Shown: piece by piece, positions 23,150-35,231 of the stretch
Numbering within the stretch: the first letter of the stretch is position 1
Layout of the letters: each line of letters opens with the position of its first letter
Assembly (NCBI GenBank): GCA_030704615.1
Contig: CM060734.1
Location: forward strand, 57,350,001-57,414,000
Origin: Takakia lepidozioides
Taxonomy: Eukaryota > Plantae > Bryophyta
DNA length: 64,000 nucleotides
Direction of reading: 5' to 3'
Program-made: the position numbers and the translations under genes
The notes under the pieces: model-generated
Told to the model about the DNA's origin: nothing
What the model saw: only the letters and a program-made list of their open reading frames with translations
Database searches by the model: none

Positions 23150-23589
23150 TTAAAGCACGTCTCTAATTGTTACATGCAATATACACCTCTAAACTAGTTG
23201 GATCAAATAAGGAGTAATATATTCTGGCCACTAACAAATCATCTTCATGAATAAGAGCCATCATTTGTTCTTGCACAACAGGCTTAGTACGATACTGATG
23301 TTGCTATTTCAAAATGTTTATCTGTGGAGAAAGAATTGCATCTTGCTAAGAAGACGAATTGCCGGCATATAGACATTATGTCATATTTTCAGCCATCTCA
23401 TTAAATGTTATCTTGCATCTAATTGACCTCATTGAATGTTATATATATATATAAATAAAAAGAGGGGATAGTACTAAGTAGCCCTCGAATTTTATATTTC
23501 TAATTGTTATGTTCTAAGATTTCAGCCTATTTTACTGTTATTTGATATAACTGACTAAATGTTATACATTCTATACTCTTGGAGCGTAA

Positions 23590-24497
23590 CAATTATCTAG
23601 GTTTGACTATAGATGGTATGAAACTCCCAGCGGTGCCCCCTACATATAGCCATGATATGTTGGCTTGGCTGGCCCACTTGGCAGGTCCATAAAACACTTT
23701 ACCGGCCCACCAAAATCTTCCACCCTTCCGCTTCCTATTGCTTGACCCGGTGGTATGCTTGTCCCAACACAATAGCAACACTCTTGGTTGTACGTACAAT
23801 GGCGTACCATACATGGTGGATGTACCACTGCTCTTGGCACGTACGAGACACGTACCATGTTACACTACCTTGTATCGTGCTCCTATTTGCCGGGTTTCTT
23901 GCGATTTTTGGCCCAGCTTGCAAAAACAATACAATGTCGCCCATCAATGAAGACAACAAAGTCGCTCCTGCTACCCCGCACCGCTATATTGCCATTGGCA
24001 GCCACTTTACAGCACATCGCTGGCACGTCAACAAAAATGACATGTGTAGGGTAGTTTGATGGGGTTGCCGGTGGGGGAGGGGAGTATTGGAGGCCGCGGT
24101 CCTTTACCATTACAGTGTTGTTTGGTGTACCCCGTGTACGTCGTCAAACGTTGTACACCTTGCTTAAGGGGTGACGGTATTAAATACAAGGACGATTTGG
24201 TTGGCACTCCACGTTTGGGACGGTAGCAGACCCGGCAGAGAAAGCCTTGAGGCAGGCCCGCCACCCGATCACAATCTTGGCATGCTGACCGATGACATCA
24301 TATCTCTTTGACCTCACAAATTTAATGTATAGTGGTTGGCGGTCCGTGCATGTTTGGCAGAAGTCCCGTGCGGGAGGCAGATTTAAGGCGGGCCTGCAGC
24401 AATTCTACTAGGCTAGCAACTTGCTAGGCCTTTTTAGGACCCTGCGACGCTAGATTGCCGTTTTTGGGCAAGTATTGTGATACCGTGGAGATGCTCT
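23590..24497. mobile_element. Probable PIF/Harbinger remnant (one terminus visible)
   Basis: GC-richer island ending GGAGATGCTC-TAA (rc of GAGCATCTCC, a common Harbinger/Tourist terminus). Other end not found, so the left boundary is approximate. Confidence 0.35.
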
Positions 24498-24541
24498 AAG
24501 AGGTCAAATGTTCCCCGCTTCATCACACCTCCGACACCTCC

Positions 24542-24542
24542 A

Positions 24543-24573
<31 letters not shown>
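24542..24573. repeat. (TA)n microsatellite
   Basis: atatatgtatatatatatatatatatatatat. Confidence 0.95.
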
Positions 24574-26714
24574 GACGCCTCCTAAAGGAAGCGTAAATTA
24601 TGGCGTCTCATGACCCGGAAGGGCTACTCCCTTCCTACAGGAAGGTGGACACCTTTGTGATACCAATAGGTGGATTGAACGCACAATCACTTCGATATCC
24701 AGCACCTCATCTTTGTGCCGTTATCAAAGGGACCAGCCCATTCTCGTCTCATTTCAAGCAACACCCTGCAACATATATCACAAGATTTCATAACACGTGC
24801 ACTGTTGACAGCGCCATGATAGTAGTGGCCCAGGCACACTATAAATCTAATATCATCCTCATAAATTATTAAATTTAATTAGTGAGAAAAAACAATGAGT
24901 GACTATTAGAGAATGATGCGGGTGACCATTCAGGCCTTATAACAGCCTACGGGCCTATAAGGGTTTTAATCTTTTTTCCTTTAATAATTCAAATAAAGTT
25001 AAAATGGGCTTCCTACCCTTTCACCTATAATAAATAAATAAAGAATGATAGGGCATTCTGGTCCTTCAAACTGACATCCAACGTGCTCACAATTCCCCTA
25101 CTTCATGTTCCATTCTTAACACCAAGCCCAAGGAAGTTGGACGGTCTTATACCATGGATTACTATTCAAACATATATTTTGTTTTCATGGAGTTTTTTCA
25201 TTTCTTATCTTTTTAATAAATGTTGGTGGTATGTTTGGTAACAATTCTGGGATGACCGGTTCTTCCCATTTTTTTCACCACTTTCTATTTTATTCAGGGC
25301 CTCTGTCCTTTGTTCAAAAAAAAAGAAAAAAATCCAATTACAATTACAAGAGAGAACAAAAGACAAAACAAATAAAAAGAACTTCATGGCTCCAACTATT
25401 ACAAAAGTGTACCAAATAGAGGTGAAGGATCAATGCAAAACAAGCTGCTAGTCCCGTATGGCTCCTCTTTGTGGATAGTGGAATCTACTTTCATGTATAG
25501 TAAACTTGAAAATTCGTCATAAGTTGTTCAATATTAACAAACATGTTACCTGAGGGAGGTGTTATCTGGAGAAGGCACATCATGGAAGTAGTTTTCAACA
25601 AAGGAGAAGAGGTGACACCTGGGAAAGGCACAATAGGGACTTAGCGATTTTTGACACTAATGCGTAGTCTCGGAGCCAATAAACATGATATAAGACAAAA
25701 AGATACAAGACAAAGATTGAGTAATTAAATTAAACATTTTATTATCATACACATCTTCAACTATGGTGCAAAACAGTGGCCAATTCAATGCGAATTTCTT
25801 GACCCTTCAGTGACCCCAAGTGAGTCCTTCAAACTAAAGGCAAGCAGTTTGGATTCCAAGTAGAATTTCTAGACATCTTAAGAGCCTTGGTTCCAATATT
25901 TTTTTTGTTTGTTTTTATTCCAAAATTGTAGGCGGGTCCACTTGTGAACTCTATCCAGTGCCCATGTGGCGAGAATAACGAGGTGACAGGGTTAGAAAAG
26001 TGGCTTGGCACGTTTTAACTAGTTCACGTCGACAAAATTAGGCTTTTGATATTCATCTGCTGGTGCTTTTTGGCAAAAATCTTGGATTTCACTCACCATA
26101 AATCCATCGTACAAATAGCTAACCGGTTTTCTAGGTCGAAATCTAGCCAAAAAATAATAACACTGCTTGGTTCACTACAACAAATTGGGAAAATGTACCT
26201 CCCATACAAAACACCCCCACTAAATTTTAGGTCTTTCATTCTGAAATTTTCAGAGAGCACCTTCTATGTTCTTTCTAAATCATTAACTTATATGTTTCCA
26301 AGTTTATTGTTATTGTTATTACCAATTTTCTCAGATGTCTCGCTAAGAAAATGCCTGTCACTGGTATCAGATCCATTGACACACAAATAGGTAATTGTAG
26401 TAAAAATATGTATAAAAATATATTTTTTTTACTGTTTTTTTTTTAAGACATCTTGAAAAATGTAGGTAGAATGCATGCCCATCCCTATATATATATAATC
26501 ATTTACGTGGATTTGGTCGCTGGATATCAACATATCGACACGAGAGCAGCCCAAAATCAACACCCGAGGTGGGTTGTATCTAGTGAGTATAAAACAGTGG
26601 AAAAAAAAACAAAAAAAACAGTGTTACATTCGGGTTGTGTGGGTCCTAACTCCGGTACCCGGTGGGTTATTAAGATCCGGGTAATCCGGACCCCCGGACC
26701 TGGACCCATACAAT

Positions 26715-27258
26715 TAGTGGACCACAATAGATCATGGTGTACATTAGTGGTCGACCACAACAGATCACTTAAGACCAATAGACCATGACATTACAAAGTA
26801 GAACATATCATACTTGTGTCATGTAGACCACAATTAGAGTTCACCTTGAAAAATGTAGACCATGATTAGATCATTATACAATACACCTGCATATTGGACC
26901 CAAATGCTGAAGATCATACATTAATCTTTGTATGTTCAGTGTTATGTTCTTTACATATCTTATGAGATCATCTACACTGTGCAGTGCCCTTCCAATCAGT
27001 CAATGATGGTAACAAGTTGTCTTTAAAGCAGGAGTAACATTTTATGAAAAACTGGAAACCTCAAAAATAAATAGTTGTTAAGGTAGGAAGATAGTTGTAG
27101 GGCGGTCACCTACATCGCACATGTACATAGATGTGTGGTGACTGTCAAGGCCTCCACAAAATGGCACATCATGAATGAAACATACCAGTGGACCACAATG
27201 AACCATGGTGTACATTAGTGGACCACAACAGATCACTAAACCATGACATTACAAAGTA
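26715..27258. repeat. Dispersed repeat, slightly more than one tandem unit, related to 9365-9755
   Basis: The gtggaccacaa...catggtgtacattagtgg block occurs at ~26717 and again at ~27188. Confidence 0.85.
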
Positions 27259-30200
27259 CAGCCTATTGGTAATTCCAGCTTGAAAACAGAAATTACCTAA
27301 GTACACTCTTCAATTTGTAATTTCACCCAACCAATGGATGGAATGGTAAAATTCTACTTCTCAAACTAGCTTTGTACACCACTGTCAAATGGTCATTCCA
27401 TCCTTTATTTGAAGATAATTAATTTATAGATATTTATAAATAAAATATAAACTCAAATATTCATTCCGTCATTTATTTGTATACAATTTTTTTCAGATTT
27501 ATAGATAAAAATATAGACTCAATAAATTTAAAACTTATAATTATAGGATAAATTCTATTGGTATCTATTATTTAGTATATTAAAATAATGATTGCATATA
27601 TTTGTATAAAACTTCATAACTTATGTGTATAATTTTAAATGGTCTATTTCATATAATTATTATAAAAAAAGGGTTATAATAGACCACACACAAATGTGGA
27701 TATAACTATCATATTCAAGGCTCCAACTTTTCTCTAAAAATGCAAGTATATCTTCAAGTTGTGCATCTTATTCCATATATTGTTTAGAAGGCAATCATTT
27801 AGGAAGAGAATTACATAGAAGAGCGCATTGGGTTTGATCTCCAATATCTTTGTCAGTGGTCATGGAAGGCAATAACCTTGTAGTGTCATCAATTAGAAAA
27901 TACAAACAGTCTCGGAAACATGCAAAAATGATAGATGTCAAATTCTGTCATGAATCATTTTATATGCTGGTACCTTTGGATGTTGTAACAAATCTGCTCA
28001 CAAACAAACATACAATTTCAGATTGTTACATGTGATTACCTGTCCTAAAAATAACAAACATTTCGAAGAAGTATTTCATACTAGGGTTGTTCCCCTAGCC
28101 CATGTACACTTATGGAGGATCAAATTGTATCATAAGCATACAGCCTTCATGTTTTGATCCACACAGCGGGACATAAAAAAGGTGTTGCTTGTGCGATCAT
28201 GTGCGCTTTGCTCCAGGATCCAAACTTTTTGTTCAGTCTCCAGTTCTTGAGACCTTCATTTGCTTTCTACTCGTCTTGCTTGTTTTGACTTTTGAGCTCT
28301 GTGAGGTTTAATCGTCATCTGTGCTAGAAACTGTTTGTTGGAGTAGCTCATACATATCAATTCTCATTACCCGTAGTTGCTCTGTATCATTCAATTGCTG
28401 TCTTTGCAAACAACTTTCATAGCTGTTGTTGTCGAGTCAAAGTTTTCCTCAAATGTCAATTGATTTTTAGACATTGTAAACAAGCGCAAATAAAGACACT
28501 GACAAGGAAGACCATCACTCTAGGCCATTGTTCTAATGCAAATAGAGACGTCAGAGAATGCATTTGCATGATGTCTCCAAAAAGAGACACCACCTAGGCC
28601 AAATAGATGTCCAAGATGTATTCATGTATCATCATGTATTCCAACTGACCCTTACAAATCCGTACTAAGTCTTTTGTTAGTAGAAGACCTAAAACTTGTA
28701 TGTACACAAGATTTTCTAAATATTATGACAAAATACCAAGATTTGAAAAGGAGATACAAACATGCAAAATCATTGGTGGTGAAATGTGTCATTCAAATTG
28801 GCTCCTCACCATCTACTTCACTTTTACAGAAATTTGGATTACCAATTATAATGGAGGTATACATTGCTTCTATTGAAAAATAGACAAAAAAATGGAAAAA
28901 AAAAACCATATTGGTCATCAAATTTCAGCACTAGTGGAAGTTGGGAATCCACTATGCACAGTTTAGAGACTGATATCGTGGTTATGAAGGCACTCAAATT
29001 GTTATGTACGGACCCATCTATCCCTTTGGAGAAACTGGATTTTGGAGAGGTGGAACTCATATATCTTCTGTGGATTGATGGATGGGGAAGATGGACGGTT
29101 TGAGCTTCTTGTTGATGTTTACTAACCTCTTGTTGATGTTGGTGTTGATGAAGATGTAGATATAGTTTTCGATTGAGAAAAATGTCAAAGACAAAGAATG
29201 CAATCAATTGAAATAGAGCCAACGCCCTAAGCGCCAAACATTAGCATTTGCTTATGTTGTAGGTGCATGTGACTAAAGCTTGACCGGAAATATCCGTCAA
29301 TATGACGATATGATGTTTCCCGATGATTTAATTTCCTATCCAAAGAAACTTAAATAATAACCAGAGACTAACCGCGCCCTCCCCCCAGGTAGCCATTTGA
29401 ATCGATGTCTTGTCATATGATTTTTCAAACCCCAGTTTGACGAATTCAAGACGAATGTATCCCCAAAGGGATCCTTTTGTCGAAGCCACCAGTACAGAAG
29501 GCAGCTGCTGATAATAAAGCCCTAACAAGATTGCCGTGTAGCACGACGCAAGGTCGACCTCCACTATTTGTGTTCCGCGTTTTATTATTCAGAAAAACTA
29601 AACCATATTGACAGACATACCCTTTGTTTGATGTGGAAAAAAACCCGACATCACTTACTTAAATTTAAGGTATGTCAAAGAAGAGATAAAAATGAACTAA
29701 AAATAAAAATAAAAATAATGATCCTACGCCAATAAAACAAATTATTATACGGAGAAAAGCCCAAGAACCTACAGAATTTGGAGATAAAAGTACATCATCT
29801 CGATATCAAAGTAGTCAAATTACAGAAAAGCCTACATGAACAACATGAGGTAGGGTGCAGGACCCACCCCTACGCATTAGGATAAGCTTGGCTTTAAAAT
29901 GTTAGTTGATATATATGCATTCATTTAGGACTTTTAAATTTGACTTTGTGTAGACAACAGTGTAAAAGAGTAGTTTTCTTAGGATCATTTTGTCTCCACA
30001 TTTTATTGGTCACTCATAGGATTTATGGCTGTTTGATTGGACCATTTCTGCAAGAGCTTTGTTGGGGCAAAGAAGACATGATCCAAAAGTTCGAGATGTG
30101 CATAAAACCAGTTTTCAATTACTAACATCACTTAAAGATTACCCTTACCCATCGCCAAGTACACGGAGGAGAACCCTCATCGAAAGCTAGAGATTGGTGA

Positions 30201-31177
30201 GTCTGCCCTTCATTTAATGTGTGGTCATCATGGAGCAATTTTCACTGTTGATTAACATGACAATGATCGTTGTTGTTTGCTACGATGAAGATATCAAGAT
30301 GTGTGTTTCTTGAAGTTGATTGAAGTCCATGATGGTCTAATTTTTTGGAATTCGATGCTACATGTTTTTATAGCATTATGTACAGACCCGAAGAACAATG
30401 GTTATTTCAGGGCATTAACTTGGGAAAGACATCAACCATTGCCGATATATCTTAGTCCTTGTCATTGACGTGTAAGTAGTTTACATTCAAGTAATTTTGA
30501 TTTGATGACTATCTTGTCTTTTCATACTTTGGATTGTTATTTCTAGCTATGTCAATGTTTTTCTTATGGTTAAATAGATTATAATGGTTTATTTCTGACT
30601 TAGTTACCTTGTATCGAGTGGCTTCTTCATGTGATATGTTATAATAGTTGTCTAACATATATACGTCATTGGCTATGTAGATCCCATTGGAGCTTAGTCA
30701 TCATTGACAAAGATAAGGGATGCTTACTACACTTGAATTTTTTGAAAATTTGCAGACACGGGTAGAAAATAGAAATGTACATTTGAATTCTTGGTCCCCT
30801 TTGTCATGGCTTTAGTGAAGGTACTCAGGAATGGGTGGAATTCATGACTTACCAATGGATATCACCAAAATGTCCCCCAACAGCCTTTCAATTGGGAGTG
30901 TGGTTTTTCTGTGATGAGCTTTATATAATGGTTTTTTCAAGATTGGTTGAAAAGTCTACTACATAGTCCTCCAGATAAAGTTATACCATATACTGCAAAT
31001 CGGTTTTCGTTGAAGCTCGCTTACTCTAAACGTTTACTATCTTTGTAAGTGGATATTAGATACAACAGATAAACAAAAGCATGTGTTCCTAGAGAATCAT
31101 GAGCTTTATAAAACAAAATATGTCCATATGGATGATGTTTACGTTGTATATTCTAAATGTCATAATAGATAATTGAC

Positions 31178-31520
31178 AAATGGTCATATCAGCCTTGTAA
31201 ATGGGCAATTCTAGCATCATGTACAATTGTCAATTTGAGCCTCTAAAATAGCCAACTTCAACTTCCACAATGGTCAATTCAAACCTTCCCCTTAGGCAAT
31301 TCTAGCTTGTGAAATGGTCAACTCCAACTTTCAAAATGGTCAATGTCAATCTCTCATTTAGGGAATTCTAGCTTGTATCTTATACAATGGTCAATTCCAG
31401 TCTTTGAAATTGGCAATTGTAGCTTGTACAATGGTCAATTTGAGCCTTTCAGATGGACAATTCTAGATTGTACTATGATTAATTCCAGCCCTTGAATTTG
31501 GCAATTCCAGCTTGCAATTC
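31178..31520. repeat. Degenerate ~21-22-bp minisatellite
   Basis: Alternating aatggtcaatt(c/t)nagcc and ggcaattctagcttgt units, roughly 15 copies. Confidence 0.8.
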
Positions 31521-31903
31521 TACTCAAATGGGCAATTTCCCCAATTGAACCATTTAAACTTATAATTATAATTTAAATGAGGGAACAATATATTTCTCAA
31601 AGTTAATAATGTACATCTAGAGGATTAAATGGTTTATTGAGCCCTTGAAATGGACAATTTTAGGGATCCACAATGGTCCAAAATCCTGAACCCTAAAGCC
31701 TAAACCAACAATTTGAACATAAACAACAGAATTCAGCTTAAAAGCTTTTAAAATTTTGGACTATTTAGCTTCATATAAAACACATATATACATGATGTAC
31801 AATGGCTCAACCATAAAGTTGTAACAAATTACATTACTAAAGTATAATGTCATTGTGAATATACCAAGAAATCATTCATGGACTCTTATTTCAATCTACT
31901 TAA

Positions 31904-32300
31904 CCCCTAAAGGACGAGCCCGTTTTTGGTGGGCCCATTCCAAAACGGAATATGCTCTCATGTTTGAGGGCATATCTGACATTTGACAAACATCCAAGGG
32001 GATGAACTGTATGAAAGTAATCCTACGTACTTCAGGAACCTATTGTAAAAGTTTCAATTGATTTACCGTGTCATTACGAAGATTATAACAAAAATGCAAG
32101 CTGTAAATTTTTACCGTGCTCTAGTTTTGGAGTGAAAAAATGGTTTGACCAAGCAATTGGCCTGACAAAATGAATTTTCATTGATACAACATACCCAGAT
32201 TCTAATTGTGTGGCATGTACAACACCTTTGGGCCAAATTTCCAAAACCAAATTCCAAAACCACATGAGGGTTGCTTTGTATGGGAAAATTGGTGGGTCAA
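31904..32300. mobile_element. Left end of a piggyBac-like element related to 19135-20031
   Basis: TTAA|CCCCTAAAGGACGAGC plus diverged subterminal similarity (ggatgaa..., catt(t)acga...tataacaaaa). Right end not seen. Confidence 0.55.
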
Positions 32301-33129
32301 AAAGACCATCCCTTACAATTGACCCCAAATCTGCCTCAAATGTGTCCAAATTCTCATCACAAGATGAATTCCTCTGGTCATATTGTTCCTTGTTTGGAAA
32401 CTCGCTACCACAAAAAATTTGGAAGCATTCTAACATATCTACATGCATAGATGAATTTTCTAATCTATCTACATGCAAAATGAATTTACATTGGTACATC
32501 CAACCATATCTTGCCACGTCGGTATCTTGCCAAGACATCCTGACACAATGTCTATTTAACGTGGTTTTGTCCTTGAAATTAGCTTCACCGACAGACCAGT
32601 CGATCTTTTTCCCAACCACCTACAGCCTTACCGATCGATCTGCCAATATTTTTCCTAGAACTGAATACCAAACCTATGCTTTTTCAGACTTCCTTGTGAT
32701 ATGCACAAAAATGTTCCAATCTTCGTCTTTGGTTTGTTCTTGTCAAGTATGTCACCCTCCTCCATCTTCAAGCTAATGCGTGCAAAAACAATGAAGTATT
32801 AGTGGGGTCAGGATGAGCACACTAGCTAATAATCATGAGAATAAAATTACTTAACAATGAGGCGAGTAAGTTGAAGGCAATTTACAAGCTCTGGGTGGTC
32901 ATTGATGATGAAACTGACCATGCTACAACAAAAAGAGAACAAAAAACAGATCCAAATATCGCTGCTTTGCCACTTAAAGATGCAAGGTGATATTTGTACA
33001 CGAAAACCCTAATGTGTATATATATATATGACCATTTCTGGAGATCTTGGCCGTCCAAATATGGAAAAATGGAATCAAGAGGGATGGTGCCATTGGCCCC
33101 ATCGTGGGATAGACCAGGGAGGGACCATA

Positions 33130-33750
33130 GTGGGGTCAGAAAAGTTCCACAACTTCTCCTCGTCTCTGTTACCTGTTTTTGGATACTTTCCTGTTGTCAC
33201 GTTGGCAATTTCATGTCAAAGTCACTCCAAACTATCAAAGGTTCACTCAACCAGCTAACTTGCAGAATTCATAATGAAAATTGAGGGCCGATTCTGATAA
33301 GAGGGAAAAACAGGGTGAAATGTGTTGAAGAAGGTGCCTTGATTAACAGTGCCTGATTTGATCAATTGTGTCGCTGCTGCTGTGGCTTCCAGTTGACCAT
33401 CTATCCATGTAGGTTTCTTGTACCTATTCTTTCACAGCGAATCATAGGTAATCTGGAGCATGAAATTCGGCCCTCTTGGATGAATCTGGACCCACACTCT
33501 ATCCCTGCTCCTTCAACTATCCATGCCTCTGCACAAATCATGCATACATCCTCGCCTTGCTTCTAGCAGCTAACAATGACAGCCTAGAATTGTTCCAGCA
33601 AACTCCCCAACCCTACTTATCACACTAGTTCCTATGCTCAATTGCATCTGCTACTCTCTATAATCCAACAAGCGTTCACCTTCTTGCCTCGATTGTCCCA
33701 CCATTGACTGGGTTAGAAAAGTATTCATTCCACAGCGTATCCTCGTCATT
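33130..33750 (-). pseudogene. Two OSB-type PDF motifs (one complete but decayed, one truncated) directly downstream of a PPR array
   Basis: DEDTLWNEYFSN/SQWWDNRGKK, then a GT..AG intron at 33679-33486, then IHPRGPNFMLQITYDSL*KNRYKKPTWIDGQL. A further exon from 33190 reads KYPKTGNRDEEKLWNFSDP. Confidence 0.7.
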
Positions 33751-33755
33751 TGCCC

Positions 33756-34753
33756 CTAAGTCTCCAAAGCCTCCATCCCGTGCCCTTGCTGTGCATACCC
33801 TGCAATCATCACACTCCACGACACCACATGTCGTTCAGCCATACTGTCGAACACTCCCTTTGCATCCTCAATGCACCCACATTTGGCATACATGTCCACC
33901 AGGACAGTGTTTAGAATGACATCAGGTGCAATTCCAGATTTGATGATGTCACCATGGATCTCTTTGCCCTTTTCTAGGGCTGCCAGGCTTGCACAAGCAT
34001 TGCAAACACACACAAACGTGATCTGGTTACACTTCACCCCTGCCCCCATCATAGGTCTCCAAAGCCTCCATCCCGTACCCCTGCTGTGCATACCCTGCAA
34101 GCATCGCGTTCCACGACACCACATCTCGTTCAGCCAGAGTGTGGAATACTCCCTTCGCATCCTGAATGCACCCACATTTGGCAAACTTGTCAGTTTAGGA
34201 TGACATCTGGTACAATTCCAGCTTTGACGATGTCAGCATGGACCTCTTTCCCATTTTCCAGGGCTCCCAGGCTTGCACACGCATTGCAAACACCAACAAA
34301 GGTGATGTGGTTGGGCTTCACCGGCCCTTCGCGCAACATTTGCTCATAGGTCTCCAAAGCATTCCTACCACACCCATGTTAAATCCTGCCAACATTATAT
34401 TCAACAATTGAGGCATTCCGTTGAACACTAGGTGTGCATTCATGATGCTCTTGCACTTAACATACATGTTCACAAGGGTGTTGAGGAGAAAAACACTTGG
34501 CGTGAATCCACTTTGGATAATGTGAGTGTGCACCTGCTTTCCAGCTTCTAGACCCTTCATTTTGACGCACTTACGCAAGAGATAGACATACATATCTGAA
34601 TCTGTTGAAATGCTCCTTGGTTTAAAGGTTGTAGAGCCTCTTTTCAGTATGCCTGCCTCACAAAGCATCTTCACATGCCCAGAAGAGCCAAAAGAGCCAT
34701 TATGGACTCCCTCTCTTGATCCTCTTTTAGAAGCTGTGGTCATGGTTGAGGTG
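33756..34753 (-). pseudogene. PLS-class PPR pseudogene (N-terminal region and several repeats)
   Basis: YVYLLRKCVKMKGLEAGKQVHTHIIQSG, LVDMYAKCGCIEDAKGVFDSMAERHVVSWSVMIAGYAQQG. Many frameshifts and deletions; no E or DYW domain. Confidence 0.9.
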
Positions 34754-34769
34754 CCTGATTTAAATCAGG

Positions 34770-35177
34770 GCTGCCAGGCCTGCAATGCACACAAACATGA
34801 TGTGGCCGGGCTGAACCCCTTCCCCCATCATTTGCTCATAGGTCTCCAAAGCCTCCATCCCATGTCCCTGCTGTGCATACCCTGCAAGCATCGCACTCCA
34901 CGACACCACATCTCGTTCAGCCATAGTGTTGAACACTCCCTTTGCATCCTCGATGCACCCACATTTTGCATACATGTCCACTAGGGTATTGTTCAAAATG
35001 ACAGTTGGTACAATTCCAGCTCTGAAGGTGTCACCATGGACCTCCTTCCCCGTTTCCAGAGCTGCCAGGGCAGTGTTTAGAATGACATTAGGTACAATTC
35101 CAGCTTTGATGATATCCCCATGCACCTCTTTGCCCTTCTCAAGGGCTGCTAGGCTTGCACAAGCATTGCAATGCACA
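34770..35177 (-). pseudogene. Second PLS-PPR fragment
   Basis: NACASLAALEKGKEVHGDIIKAG...VSWSAMLAGYAQQGHG, with an internal deletion. Confidence 0.88.
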
Positions 35178-35231
35178 CATGGGACAAAGTAGAACAACAA
35201 GAAACCCACATCATAGAGGAGAGAGAGGTTC

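Noticed and set aside
32083-32776. Overlapping 178/188-aa ORFs as a piggyBac transposase
   Set aside because: No recognisable DDD catalytic motifs; the ORFs cross an apparent junction between unrelated fragments.
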